From the NCBI GenBank assembly GCA_963727775.1, contig CAVSHB010000001.1, forward strand, positions 160,001 to 224,000: DNA of 64,000 nucleotides, given 5' to 3'. Position 1 is the stretch's first letter. Every line of letters begins with the position of its first letter. The position numbers and the translations under genes are program-made. This document shows, piece by piece, positions 53,263 through 62,490 of this stretch. The stretch comes from an uncultured Nitrospiraceae bacterium (GTDB lineage Bacteria > Nitrospirota > Thermodesulfovibrionia > Thermodesulfovibrionales > SM23-35). Below the pieces are notes generated by a model. The model did not search any database and was not told where the DNA came from. It saw nothing but the letters and a program-made list of their open reading frames with translations.

Positions 53263-53501
53263 CCTTCCTATTCCGTCCTTTAACAAGGGTTCACTTTTAA
53301 TTCTTAAAGAGTTCACTTTTAAAAAATTGCTAACATGAATTTTACTGATTTATATTCAACGAAGACACAAAACCGTGAAGCAGTGTCCTGTCGAGAGCAA
53401 GAGGGACCTGTGTTTCTTCGATTCCGAAGGCATTCAAATAGCCTTGAATACGTCAAGCAAAATGCCTATAGGGCAGCTCTCAATAAGGTAATGCCTATCG
53501 G

Positions 53502-53717
53502 CTATCCTAATAAACCTGTCTGCATATGTTGCAACTGACAATCAGAATCTGGAGCCCCTTGCACGCCGGTTAATGCAGAGTCACGGCATTCCCGGCAAAC
53601 GGCATACATTTGTTCATTATCATTGATAAGGAGAAATTCAAGAGGTTTTGTTTCATGACATAAGTCGCAGGCATACTTAATCATACAACGCAATTTGGAC
53701 TGAAATTTGAACTTCAC
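53502..53717 (-). CDS. Small hypothetical protein with two CxxC motifs
   Basis: CDLC...CREC; start uncertain. Confidence 0.35.
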   Translation of the reverse strand: MKFKFQSKLRCMIKYACDLCHETKPLEFLLINDNEQMYAVCRECRDSALTGVQGAPDSDCQLQHMQTGLLG

Positions 53718-54031
53718 GGTTTGTTCCCCCGACAGAAATGCTACACTTTATCACAAAGCGTACAGAGTACGTCAAGAAAAATTTTATCGAAAGAAAATAA
53801 CAAGAAAATACAATAAGTTGCCTTACCAAGCAACTTCACCCTTCTATACTGTTACACGGATTTTAAAGCAACGAATTCCAATTATACTCCACACCATTAC
53901 ATCACGGTCGGCGGGTGTCGGCTTCAGGAAGGATGTTTGCCTCTCACGACTCTCTTTAATACTGCATTTCTTTCGTCCTTTTAAGCGTATACCTTGTTAT
54001 GCGCATGGGCCTTGTTTCCACAAGAAAGGGA

Positions 54032-54190
54032 TTATTTTCTATTCAGTGAATATTCTATTGCAGCCTCCACGTGCATCGTCGTCATGTCGAAAACTGTCAT
54101 GCTCACATCTTCCTGTTTGATCAACAATGGTATCTCGGTGCATCCCAGTATGATTCCTTCTGCATCCTCCTCTATAAACATTGCGTAAGT
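54032..54190 (-). pseudogene. Aspartate/glutamate racemase C-terminal fragment
   Basis: Manual translation AEGIILGCTEIPLLIKQEDV...FDMTTMHVEAAIEYSL*; the N-terminal part is missing. Confidence 0.8.
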
Positions 54191-54347
54191 TTGAAGCCGC
54201 TAATTTAGAGGGATCAAACAGGGGTAAGAAATGCTAAAGATTACTTTCTGCAATTTAATAAACTCTTCATCTCTCTGTCATCAAGCGGTAAGAGTAATCA
54301 CAATATGATATCCATCAGATACTGACCTTTTCATACGGGGGCTGTAT

Positions 54348-54779
54348 ATGAAACAGGTACGACGCGAGACGGTAAGAAGAATGCTTCTTGAAAGAAAAAT
54401 GGATGCGCTCAGAATCTTGAAGAGCGGAATGAAACGGCTCCTATCAGGAGAAACAAAGGAGACCTTCGGTGCGGGACTGGAAAAGGGCGACCTTTCGGTA
54501 GCCTGCCAGAACGAGAGCATGCAGAGCACGCGGCTTAAGTCCCAATGGGAGCTAATAAGAAAAATCGACCGTGCACTAAAACACATCGAGGACGGCACCT
54601 ACGGCATTTGCGAAGAGTGAAATGAAGAGATCAGCGAAGACCGTCTGAGCATCGTCCCCTTTGCTCTTTATTGCCGGGATTGCCAGGAAACAATAGAGCT
54701 GGAGAGGAAAAAGATAGAAGTGGGGTCACGTCTTGCCGGGCTGTGGAAAAACTCTCTGAGAGATTACAGGTTAATGTGA
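54348..54779 (+). pseudogene. TraR/DksA C4 zinc-finger protein with in-frame TGA (nonsense or selenocysteine)
   Basis: IDRALKHIEDGTYGICEE-TGA-NEEISEDRLSIVPFALYCRDCQE. The TGA (54618-54620) sits at the second Cys of C-x2-C-x17-C-x2-C. Confidence 0.8.
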
Positions 54780-54873
54780 TGATTTCCATCAACTCCACAT
54801 CATTAGATCATGTCCCGAAGACGTTGAAAAGGAAAACTCTCGTAGGTTATGTTAGAAGGTAACAAAGGGAGCC

Positions 54874-55473
54874 ATGCCAGAATTTAAAAACAGAGAAGAA
54901 TATGAGAAATGGAAGGCGCAGAAAATTAAGGACAATGAAAAAAGAACTGACTCTGTGTCAATACACTCTCAACAAGAAGAACAAAACACAAAGGAAACTT
55001 CAGGATACAGACACCAATATTTCTCAGGACCAGCAGAGAATGTAGTGTATGCGGGATTCTGGCGAAGGGTAATGGCTTCTTTGGTAGATTTCATTGTGTG
55101 GCTCTTTATATCGGTGATATTTGTTGTTGCCTTATATGCCTTAACAGGAAGCGGTCTTCGGGCAGCAAACTCACTTCCTGCAAACTTATTCACTTTTATC
55201 GCATCTTGGCTATACTCTGCAATTATGGAAAGTTCAGATAAACAAGCAACGCTGGGGAAGATGGCGATAGGCATTGTTGTTACCGACCTTGAAGGCAATA
55301 AAATCTCATTCGGTAAGGCAACTGGGCGATATTTTGCAAAAATATTATCCACATTAATATTGCTTATCGGTTACATGATGGCTGGGTTTACACAGAAGAA
55401 ACAAGCTCTTCACGACATGATGGCTGGCACTTTGGTAGTAGTTAACCCAAAAAGTGCAGTTGACCTAAAATAA
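54874..55473 (+). CDS. RDD family membrane protein (last codons replaced by IS1380 end)
   Basis: YAGFWRR..A..VD, QATLGK and QALHD..AGT motifs. Before the insertion the end would read VVVKQ*. Confidence 0.9.
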   Translation: MPEFKNREEYEKWKAQKIKDNEKRTDSVSIHSQQEEQNTKETSGYRHQYFSGPAENVVYAGFWRRVMASLVDFIVWLFISVIFVVALYALTGSGLRAANSLPANLFTFIASWLYSAIMESSDKQATLGKMAIGIVVTDLEGNKISFGKATGRYFAKILSTLILLIGYMMAGFTQKKQALHDMMAGTLVVVNPKSAVDLK

Positions 55474-57066
55474 TATCCCCGAAGAAATTCTCCTTTCGTA
55501 TTAGAATCAATAGGTTTAAGCGACCATCAACTCTAAACGAAAGGAGAATAGAAATATGCAGTCAAAATGTAGCACAAACATCGAAATAAATAAAGTAAGG
55601 ATTAGATTTACGGAGAAGAAGATGACGGCATATGGGGGATTCAGTTTATTGGCTGCATTTTTTGAAAAGATCAAATTGAGAGGAATTTTGCAAGAGTTGA
55701 TTCCGATCCATGAGAGTTCTCCCAATGGAATGGGGATATACAGCAAGGTATTGGCGTACATCCTTCTGATCTATGCGGGAGGCAGCAGGTTTTCTCATCT
55801 ACTTTATCTTGGCTGGCAGGAGATTTTCACCGATCTTTTTGCAGTAAAGAGGCTTCCTTTAGCCTCAACGACATTGGGCAGGCTTTTCAGGAAAATCAGG
55901 AAACTGAAGGAAGTGGAAGCGATGTCGGAGGGTTTATGGGAATATTTGAAGAGATTGATTCCCTGGAAGGAGATCAAAGAGGACTGGCTCACATTTGATT
56001 CCACAGTCCTTGAGCGATACGGCAAACAGGAGGGTGCAAAGAGGGGATATAACCCGAAGAAGAAGGGCCGTGGTAGCCACAGCCCGCTTCTGGCATTTCT
56101 GAACAAGAGCAAATATGTGGTGCATCTGTGGAACCGTCCCGGCAATGTGATGTCATGGAATAACATCATTGGATTTTTCGAGTCCACATGGCACAGGATT
56201 AGCGGGCATATCGATATTAAGGGCGTTATTGCGGACAGCGGATTTTATCTCAGAGAATTTATCGAACTTTTGGAGCGGAGAAAATTAATCTATATCATAG
56301 CCGCTCGCCTATACCGTCCTTTGCAGAGGATGGTTTATGCACAACAAAACTGGAAGCGGATAGAAGAGGGGATATGGATCACGGAGTTCTTTTTCCAGCA
56401 TGTCGATTGGATAACCGACAGGAGATTCATTGCAGTCCGGCAGGATATAAAGAAGAGGCCGCATGCGATGGGGAAGGAGTTATCTCTTTTTAGAGATGAG
56501 TTTGATACAGGGAATTATCGTTACAGCGTATGGATAACCAATTCACATGATCCCGCATATGAGGTATGGAAGCAGTGCAGGCCGAGGGCGAACGATGAGA
56601 ATACCATCAAGGAACTGAAAGAGGATTTTGCGCTTGGAGGGTTCTCGATGAAGTATTTCTATTCAACAGAGGCGGCAATGCTTATTCGGGTATTCATCTA
56701 CAATCTGTTTGTCCTGTTTCGACATCAGATACTGGGGCAGAAAGAAAAGATAGAACGCCTGAAGACCTTGCGGTATAAGTATTTTGTCCTCCCCGCCCAA
56801 TTGGGAGGAGATGGCAGAAGGCTGGTATTGCGGATCTCCGTCTTTACACAGAAAGTACGATCAAAACTGTTATACCTCTTTAACCGCATAAGACAATACT
56901 TTCCGCCAGGTCTTGATAATTGCACTGCAGTTGGATGATGACAATAAACTTCAAAAGGAGGTATGTCAAAAAACAGTGTAAAGATTAGCTTTGCTAACGC
57001 TAATTCCGAGAATGCCTTGATAGGCTTGGATCTATAGGCATGTCTTTTCCAATTGCACTTTTCGGG
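55446..57066 (+). mobile_element. IS1380-family element
   Basis: IRs CCCAAAAAGTGCAGTTG / CAATTGCACTTTTCGGG (15/17 match); TSD TTAA (55442-55445 and 57067-57070). Confidence 0.9.
55556..56938 (+). CDS. IS1380-family transposase
   Basis: TAYGG, FDSTV...YG.QEGA..GYNP, ADSGF and RANDENTIKELK motifs. Confidence 0.92.
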   Translation: MQSKCSTNIEINKVRIRFTEKKMTAYGGFSLLAAFFEKIKLRGILQELIPIHESSPNGMGIYSKVLAYILLIYAGGSRFSHLLYLGWQEIFTDLFAVKRLPLASTTLGRLFRKIRKLKEVEAMSEGLWEYLKRLIPWKEIKEDWLTFDSTVLERYGKQEGAKRGYNPKKKGRGSHSPLLAFLNKSKYVVHLWNRPGNVMSWNNIIGFFESTWHRISGHIDIKGVIADSGFYLREFIELLERRKLIYIIAARLYRPLQRMVYAQQNWKRIEEGIWITEFFFQHVDWITDRRFIAVRQDIKKRPHAMGKELSLFRDEFDTGNYRYSVWITNSHDPAYEVWKQCRPRANDENTIKELKEDFALGGFSMKYFYSTEAAMLIRVFIYNLFVLFRHQILGQKEKIERLKTLRYKYFVLPAQLGGDGRRLVLRISVFTQKVRSKLLYLFNRIRQYFPPGLDNCTAVG

Positions 57067-57271
57067 TTAAACAATAAGATAATTAGCTAACCCATTCTTT
57101 CCGTCTCTGCGCAATCCAAAACCACCCAGAACCATTTTTAACGTAATATGATGTGATACCTTGCTTTCCAATGTTGTCGACATTGATTTCTGGTTATACT
57201 CAGCATTGATGTAGGATGGAAAAAGTGGACACCAAAGTCAGATAAAATAAATGAAAGACGGAGGTGTCAGA

Positions 57272-57586
57272 ATGAAAGGGATTCCGCAGGGACGTTACAC
57301 GAAGGAGTTTCGTGGGGAGGCAGTGAAGATGGTGTTAGCCGGGGGTATATCGTTGCTGGAGGCAGCTCACCGGCTGTCATTGCCGCCCTCGACGTTAGGG
57401 AACTGGGTCAAGGCGCATAAAGCTGGCAAGCTGGAAGATATAGGCAAGACACAGAAGCCACTGACGGAGCTAGAGATGGAACTGGCAAGGGTAAAGAAAG
57501 AGCTGGTAGAGACGAGAATGGAGCGTGATCTGCTAAAAAAAGCTGCCGCGTACTTTGCGAAGGAGTCGCTGCCCGGTACGCGCTAA
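57272..57586 (+). CDS. IS3 OrfA
   Basis: YTKEF..EAV, HTH, LLKKAAAYFAKE; A7G slippery site near 57535; TAATG overlap with orfB. Confidence 0.9.
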   Translation: MKGIPQGRYTKEFRGEAVKMVLAGGISLLEAAHRLSLPPSTLGNWVKAHKAGKLEDIGKTQKPLTELEMELARVKKELVETRMERDLLKKAAAYFAKESLPGTR

Positions 57587-58446
57587 TGAAAGAAATGCGA
57601 CTTCAATATTCAGTGCCGCTGATGTGCCGGATATATAACGTATCGGCAAGCGGATACTATGCACACGTGACAAGGCCGCTTTCTAAGCGGGGGCAGGAAG
57701 ACGCCCGCTTGGAGGTTGAGATTAAGGCTGCACATAAGAGGACACGGCGGGTATGCGGCGCTGAGAGATTACAGAAGGATTTGGCAGACAACGGTATTGC
57801 AGTGGGTGTTTGCCGGATCAAGCGACTCAGGAAGAAGCTCGGTATACGCTGTAAGCAGACGAAGAAATTCAAAACTACAACTGACTCAAAACATACGCTT
57901 CCGGTGGCTGAGAACCTACTGGACCAGCAGTTTGAAGTATCCAGGCCGAACATGGCATGGTTGAGCGATATAACATATGTTTGGACCGATGAAGGATGGC
58001 TGTACCTTGCCGCGCACAAGGATCTTTTTAACGGTGAGATAGTCGGATACGCAATGGGAGAACGGATAACGAAGAGCCTTGTAAGTCAGTCTTTATTCCG
58101 TGCCGTTGCAGCGAAGCGTCCAGGGAAGGGGCTGATTCATCACTCGGATCGCGGGAGCCAATATTGTGCTCATGATTATCGGAAGCTTCTTAATCAGTTC
58201 GGCATGACGGCATCAATGAGTAGAAAAGGGAATTGCTACGACAATGCCCCGATGGAGAGTTTCTGGGGCACGCTGAAGCAGGAGCTTGTCCATCACAGAC
58301 GCTACAGGAACAGACAAGAGGCAGTGCAGGATATCACGGAATATATCGAGATCTTCTACAACAGGCAGCGCCGACAGGCAAGACTTGGATATCTATCCCC
58401 AGTTGCTTATGAGTATCAATTCTATGCACGAGAGCTGGCAGCATGA
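57586..58446 (+). CDS. IS3 OrfB (DDE core)
   Basis: WLSDITY, HHSDRGSQY and DNAPMESF motifs. Confidence 0.93.
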   Translation: MKEMRLQYSVPLMCRIYNVSASGYYAHVTRPLSKRGQEDARLEVEIKAAHKRTRRVCGAERLQKDLADNGIAVGVCRIKRLRKKLGIRCKQTKKFKTTTDSKHTLPVAENLLDQQFEVSRPNMAWLSDITYVWTDEGWLYLAAHKDLFNGEIVGYAMGERITKSLVSQSLFRAVAAKRPGKGLIHHSDRGSQYCAHDYRKLLNQFGMTASMSRKGNCYDNAPMESFWGTLKQELVHHRRYRNRQEAVQDITEYIEIFYNRQRRQARLGYLSPVAYEYQFYARELAA

Positions 58447-58685
58447 AAGGTTTGGTGTCCACTATTGACATCCGAGGTCAGCATTTTTGAAGAGTATACC
58501 ACAGACGCGGATTTCAGGAAGGACATAACTCTCCGTATTTCTATTAGAAGGTCTCACACTGCAGCCTGGAAGGTAGGATTAGAACACCGTAAACTTTACA
58601 TGCACAGCCTTTACAATCCCAGATCTATGTTCCACATCTATCCCCATCTGCCGGTCCGCCGATTAAAAGGATTCAATCTCCTTGA

Positions 58686-59288
58686 TCATTTCAACTCCCC
58701 TAACTCCGGGTGTTCTCTTCGAAACTTTGCATGTGCTTCCCGAGGGCTCATATCATCCAAGCCCAATCTTTTTCTACGCATCTCATAAGTCTCCACAAGA
58801 AGATTTCCATCGATCTTAACATTGGTTTGCAAATGTCCCCTCAGCTTAAGGCCAGTCTCGACATATTTATGCCGAGCCATGAAATCAGGCACATCGATGA
58901 AATCTTTTGTCATGCCGCTCGCATCTTTCATCTCTTCGCCGCTCGGAGCAATGACCATAGCGGAAATCACCTTTGTTGATTCAAGACCTTGGCTGAGAAC
59001 CTCCACTAAACGAGCGTCCGTAATGCCTTGACGATCCATGATCTCGGTAATTGCTTCCTTACCCCTACTTTTCCCTATAACAAGCCCAGGGTTCTTATCG
59101 GCGGTAGAGGCCGCATATCCAGCAGCGATCATAGCGTCTTTCATCGTCTTATAGCCGGGATCCTGAAGGTTCTTTATAAGGCGGCGTTCGCGAAGGGAAA
59201 GCTTGCGTTCTTTTTTCTTTTTGGTAGGGGCAGGGACAGGTATTTCAGTGACCGGATTTGCAGGCTCGTTTTTCGCACCTATGCTCAC
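58686..59288 (-). CDS. Terminase-small-subunit-like protein
   Basis: HTH with AMIAAGYA (TerS-like AGY); VPDFMARHKYVETGLKLRG; C-terminal tail shared with the neighbouring terS; AGGAG RBS. Confidence 0.55.
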   Translation of the reverse strand: MSIGAKNEPANPVTEIPVPAPTKKKKERKLSLRERRLIKNLQDPGYKTMKDAMIAAGYAASTADKNPGLVIGKSRGKEAITEIMDRQGITDARLVEVLSQGLESTKVISAMVIAPSGEEMKDASGMTKDFIDVPDFMARHKYVETGLKLRGHLQTNVKIDGNLLVETYEMRRKRLGLDDMSPREAHAKFRREHPELGELK

Positions 59289-59498
59289 TGTTGAAGTCTC
59301 CTTTTGTCCTCAGATTTAAAGCAATTTAGGTGCACAGCTCTGTACCTTTTGTAAATATATCAGATTTTATTAGATTTTGGCGGAATTCACTCGATATTGG
59401 CAGTAATCCTAAAATGCAATTCGCAGTTATTTGACAAAGTGGTAACCTTTGTGCGAATCGCTGCCTGCGTAGCATTAAGAGGACTCCAATTTCCTTGC

Positions 59499-59716
59499 TC
59501 ATACTGGATCGCCTTCCCTCCCAAACTCCGGATGTTCTCTTATAAACTTTGCATGCGCTTCTTTGGGTGGCATATCATCAAGGCCAAGCCTTTTACGCCT
59601 CGCCTCATACGTTTCGGCGGGTACATTTACCGTTACTTGCCCCTTGAGCATGCCGAGGCGTTGCATTTTTATTCCAATGGCTTGCAGTTTATCAAAGAAC
59701 TTCAGCGTCCTGTGGG
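59499..59716 (-). pseudogene. terS: Terminase small subunit, 3' part (downstream of IS256)
   Basis: HRTLKFFDKLQAI...; in frame with the 5' part once the IS and one TSD copy are removed. Confidence 0.82.
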
Positions 59717-61099
59717 GATAGCGTAAGATCAATTCTGCAAATATGAATCAGGGTATAATTCTCAATGGAAAAAGCAATCTCTCAAAGAGAGAAAGGAGAA
59801 TTATACCCATGAGAAGAATTTTATCAAAGAAGGCGAAAAAAGTCATTGAGGATGGAGTGCAGGAGTTTATGGCGATGCCCCCGTTAGCGGAGTTGACGAG
59901 GATCGGAGCGAGGATGATGTTAGAGTCGGCGATGGAAGAAGAAGTGACGGCATATCTTCAGAGAGACTATTATGAGAGGAATGCCTGCGCTAAAGGAAGC
60001 CGGAGTGGATCGAAGCCCAGAACCGTGAAGATCGGTAGCGGTGATATAGGGCTAAAGATGCCGCAGGTAAGGAATGCCGGTGGCCCATTTCATTCCCGGA
60101 TATTGCCGCCACGGATGACCCAGATGGATGAAATACAGGAAATCATCCCTCTTTTGTATATGAACGGCCTGTCCAGCAGGAAGGTAAAGAAAGCTGTGGG
60201 TAAACTCATAGGCAAGAAAGGCCTGAGCCATCAGAATGTCATAAGGATCAGCGGCAGGATCGTCGATGAGTTCAATGCATGGAAGAAGCGGGACTTATCG
60301 ATGCTGCAGGTGGTGTATCTTGTTCTGGACGGCGTACGGATGGGAGTAAGGGCCGGGACCAAGGAGAAAGAGGCGGTGCTGGTGGCCTGGGCGTTTCTGG
60401 AGGACGGCAGCCGGGAGCTCGTGGGCGTGTCCCTTGGCAACAGTGAATCGTACAATGCGTGGAAAGGTTTTCTGGAGGATCTCACGAAACGGGGCATAAG
60501 TGAACCAATGCTCACGGTTATCGATGGCTGTCCCGGCCTTATCAAGGCGGTGGATGAAGTCTTCCCTGAATCAGACAAACAGCGCTGCACGAAGCACAGG
60601 ACTGAAAACGTGCTGGATAAAGTACTGGAACAGGACAAGGCATCAGTAAAAGAGTCAGTAAGGAAGGTGTTTTACGCCTCGACCTATGAGCACGCAAAGG
60701 AGGCCGTGGAAATGTTCAAGAAGAAGTGGCGCATGAAATATCCTTCGGCAGTGGAATGCCTGACTGAAAATATAGAAGACTGTCTGACCTATTACAAATA
60801 TCCTTACCAGCACTGGCTTAGAATTCGGACGACCAATATAGTGGAGAGGAGCTTCAAGGAGGTGAAGCGAAGGGTAAAGGTAGCAGGCCGGTTTCAGAAG
60901 GAGGAGCGTGCGCTCACCATGGTTTACTGGCAGCTCCACGAACTTAGATGGAACGGTGTAAGCATGACCAAGGAGGCAAAGGCAATCCTTACGAGGATCC
61001 GGGCATCAAGGATGCAAAGGGTTGCGGCATAATCGTATCAATGAAAACCCTTGAGAATAAAGCCCTGAAGAGAATTTACAGAAAAGACTTGACACTGTC
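59717..61099 (+). mobile_element. IS256-family element
   Basis: Imperfect ~26-bp IRs (GATAGCGTAAGATCAATTCTGCAAAT / ATTTACAGAAAAGACTTGACACTGTC); 8-bp TSD CCTGTGGG (59709-59716 and 61100-61107). Confidence 0.92.
59809..61032 (+). CDS. IS256 (Mutator-like) transposase
   Basis: LYMNGLS.R, LDG, IDGCPGL, QRC..H and RTTNIVER motifs. ATG at 59809 after AAGGAG; the ORF track starts at 59743. Confidence 0.93.
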   Translation: MRRILSKKAKKVIEDGVQEFMAMPPLAELTRIGARMMLESAMEEEVTAYLQRDYYERNACAKGSRSGSKPRTVKIGSGDIGLKMPQVRNAGGPFHSRILPPRMTQMDEIQEIIPLLYMNGLSSRKVKKAVGKLIGKKGLSHQNVIRISGRIVDEFNAWKKRDLSMLQVVYLVLDGVRMGVRAGTKEKEAVLVAWAFLEDGSRELVGVSLGNSESYNAWKGFLEDLTKRGISEPMLTVIDGCPGLIKAVDEVFPESDKQRCTKHRTENVLDKVLEQDKASVKESVRKVFYASTYEHAKEAVEMFKKKWRMKYPSAVECLTENIEDCLTYYKYPYQHWLRIRTTNIVERSFKEVKRRVKVAGRFQKEERALTMVYWQLHELRWNGVSMTKEAKAILTRIRASRMQRVAA

Positions 61100-61480
61100 C
61101 CTGTGGGTCCCGATCTGGGTTTTGAGGATTCCCAGCTCCTTCACACAGGCGACCTGCTCGACTGTAAGCTCGTGGATATTCTTCAATTCCCCATTATCAT
61201 GCACGAAATCCTTGAGATTAAACCGTATTATCGTGTCAAGGTGAGCCTCCACTTCATGAGCCTCCATAAGTGCTTTATGAGTCAAATTGTTGAGGGAATT
61301 ACGAGAATTAGTAATTGCAGTTTGAATCTGAGGTCTTAGGTTTTCTGCGCCAATAGCACAAGCAGTCTTTTTTGAATAACCCGCGCGAATTGCTGCTTGG
61401 GTAGCATTGAAATCTTTCAGATACTCAACGACAAAGAGCTGTTCTTTCGGTGTAAGTTGCCCGTTCTTTCTTATTGGCAT
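61100..61480 (-). pseudogene. terS: Terminase small subunit, 5' part (interrupted by IS256)
   Basis: LTPKEQLFVVEYLKDFNATQAAIRAGYSKKTA (Terminase_2 signature); AGGAGG RBS; reconstructed length 196 aa. Confidence 0.88.
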
Positions 61481-61665
61481 AATTCCTCCTGACGATCATC
61501 CAGATGATGCGACGTTTACTGTCGGCATTCCATTCAGGAAGTTCTTGAGAGTGTAATTACTCAGGAAGTTATCTTTGCTGGACTCAGGGATTATTTTGTG
61601 TAGCTCTTGTGTAGCTTTTTTAGGTATGACGGGGTGGTTAACTGTTGAATTTAAATGGTTTTTAC

Positions 61666-61743
<78 letters not shown>

Positions 61744-61752
61744 AATCTTTGA

Positions 61753-62466
61753 TCAATACTTGAGTATGTCCAGATAATCGGCGATATCTTTCTCTTCAGT
61801 TCCTCTGGCCTTTATCTTTTTTTCTTTCAGCTCTTCTATCGCCTTTTCTCTGTACCCGTTATAGGCAGGGTCAAACTCTATCGCATGAGACATTGCGACG
61901 GCGGCGTCACCATACTGGCCTTTGGCGTTATAACAGAGTGCAAGACCATAATACGGCATATGAAAATTTGAGACTCTTTTTAACGCCTCTTTATAGGTGT
62001 CTATTGCGTCGTCGTATCTCGAAAGCCTGTAGTATACCATCCCGATATTGTTCAATGCCAGTGCAGTATTTTTATATTGAGGGTTCGCGAGAGCTAATTT
62101 ATATGATGCGATTGCTTCGGTGAAATTCCCCATGTTCGCATAGGTATTGCCGAGATTTGTTGCCGCCTCTGAAAAGTTTTTATCTATTCTTAACGCTTCC
62201 CTGAAATGTTTTATCGCGTTAGGATAGTCTTGAAACTTCACAAGATATATGATGCCGATTGCATTGTGGCTGTCTTTATCATCCGGGTTCAGTTCCAGTG
62301 ATTTTTGAAATTCAACAAATGCGGGCTGAATGTTATTGTCATTAAGATATGACACGCCTAACTGGTAATGTGCTACGGCTTTCTGGACTTTATTTTCTTT
62401 TGCCACGGTTGCACAGGAAACGAGAAACAGCATAAAAAGAAAAAAGGCAAGGCGGGATATCTTCAT
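61753..62466 (-). CDS. TPR lipoprotein (PilF/PilW-like)
   Basis: LVSC lipobox and multiple TPRs. Confidence 0.8.
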   Translation of the reverse strand: MKISRLAFFLFMLFLVSCATVAKENKVQKAVAHYQLGVSYLNDNNIQPAFVEFQKSLELNPDDKDSHNAIGIIYLVKFQDYPNAIKHFREALRIDKNFSEAATNLGNTYANMGNFTEAIASYKLALANPQYKNTALALNNIGMVYYRLSRYDDAIDTYKEALKRVSNFHMPYYGLALCYNAKGQYGDAAVAMSHAIEFDPAYNGYREKAIEELKEKKIKARGTEEKDIADYLDILKY

Positions 62467-62490
62467 TAGTTATTCTCCTGAATATATATA

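Larger units (their letters stand above)
51855..53335 (+). mobile_element. IS1202-like (ISNCY) element with long target duplication
   Basis: TGT...ACA ends; two TTAAAAGTGAAC subterminal repeats at each end in inverted orientation; 15-bp DR TGAATTTTACTGATT (51840-51854 and 53336-53350). Confidence 0.88.
57207..58480 (+). mobile_element. IS3-family element
   Basis: TG...CA ends; IR core GGATG..AA.AGTGGACACCAAA; TSD GCAT (57203-57206 and 58481-58484). Confidence 0.93.
31250..61665. mobile_element. Mosaic genomic island at the 3' end of tRNA-Pro (left boundary uncertain)
   Basis: Dense ISs, gene fragments, integrase and resolvase remnants, terS genes and AT-rich cargo. No duplicated tRNA 3' end was found by eye. 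Confidence 0.6.

Noticed and set aside
53360..53425. Possible structured RNA (GAAGACACA...TGTGTTTCTTC)
   Set aside because: Imperfect stem with no riboswitch or ncRNA consensus that I can recognise.
53707..54188. Plus-strand ORFs 53707-54120 and 53994-54188
   Set aside because: No motifs; they overlap the minus-strand racemase fragment.
31250..61665. Intact prophage or classical PICI
   Set aside because: No intact integrase, terL, capsid, portal, tail or primase/rep genes, and no duplicated tRNA-Pro 3' end found by eye.
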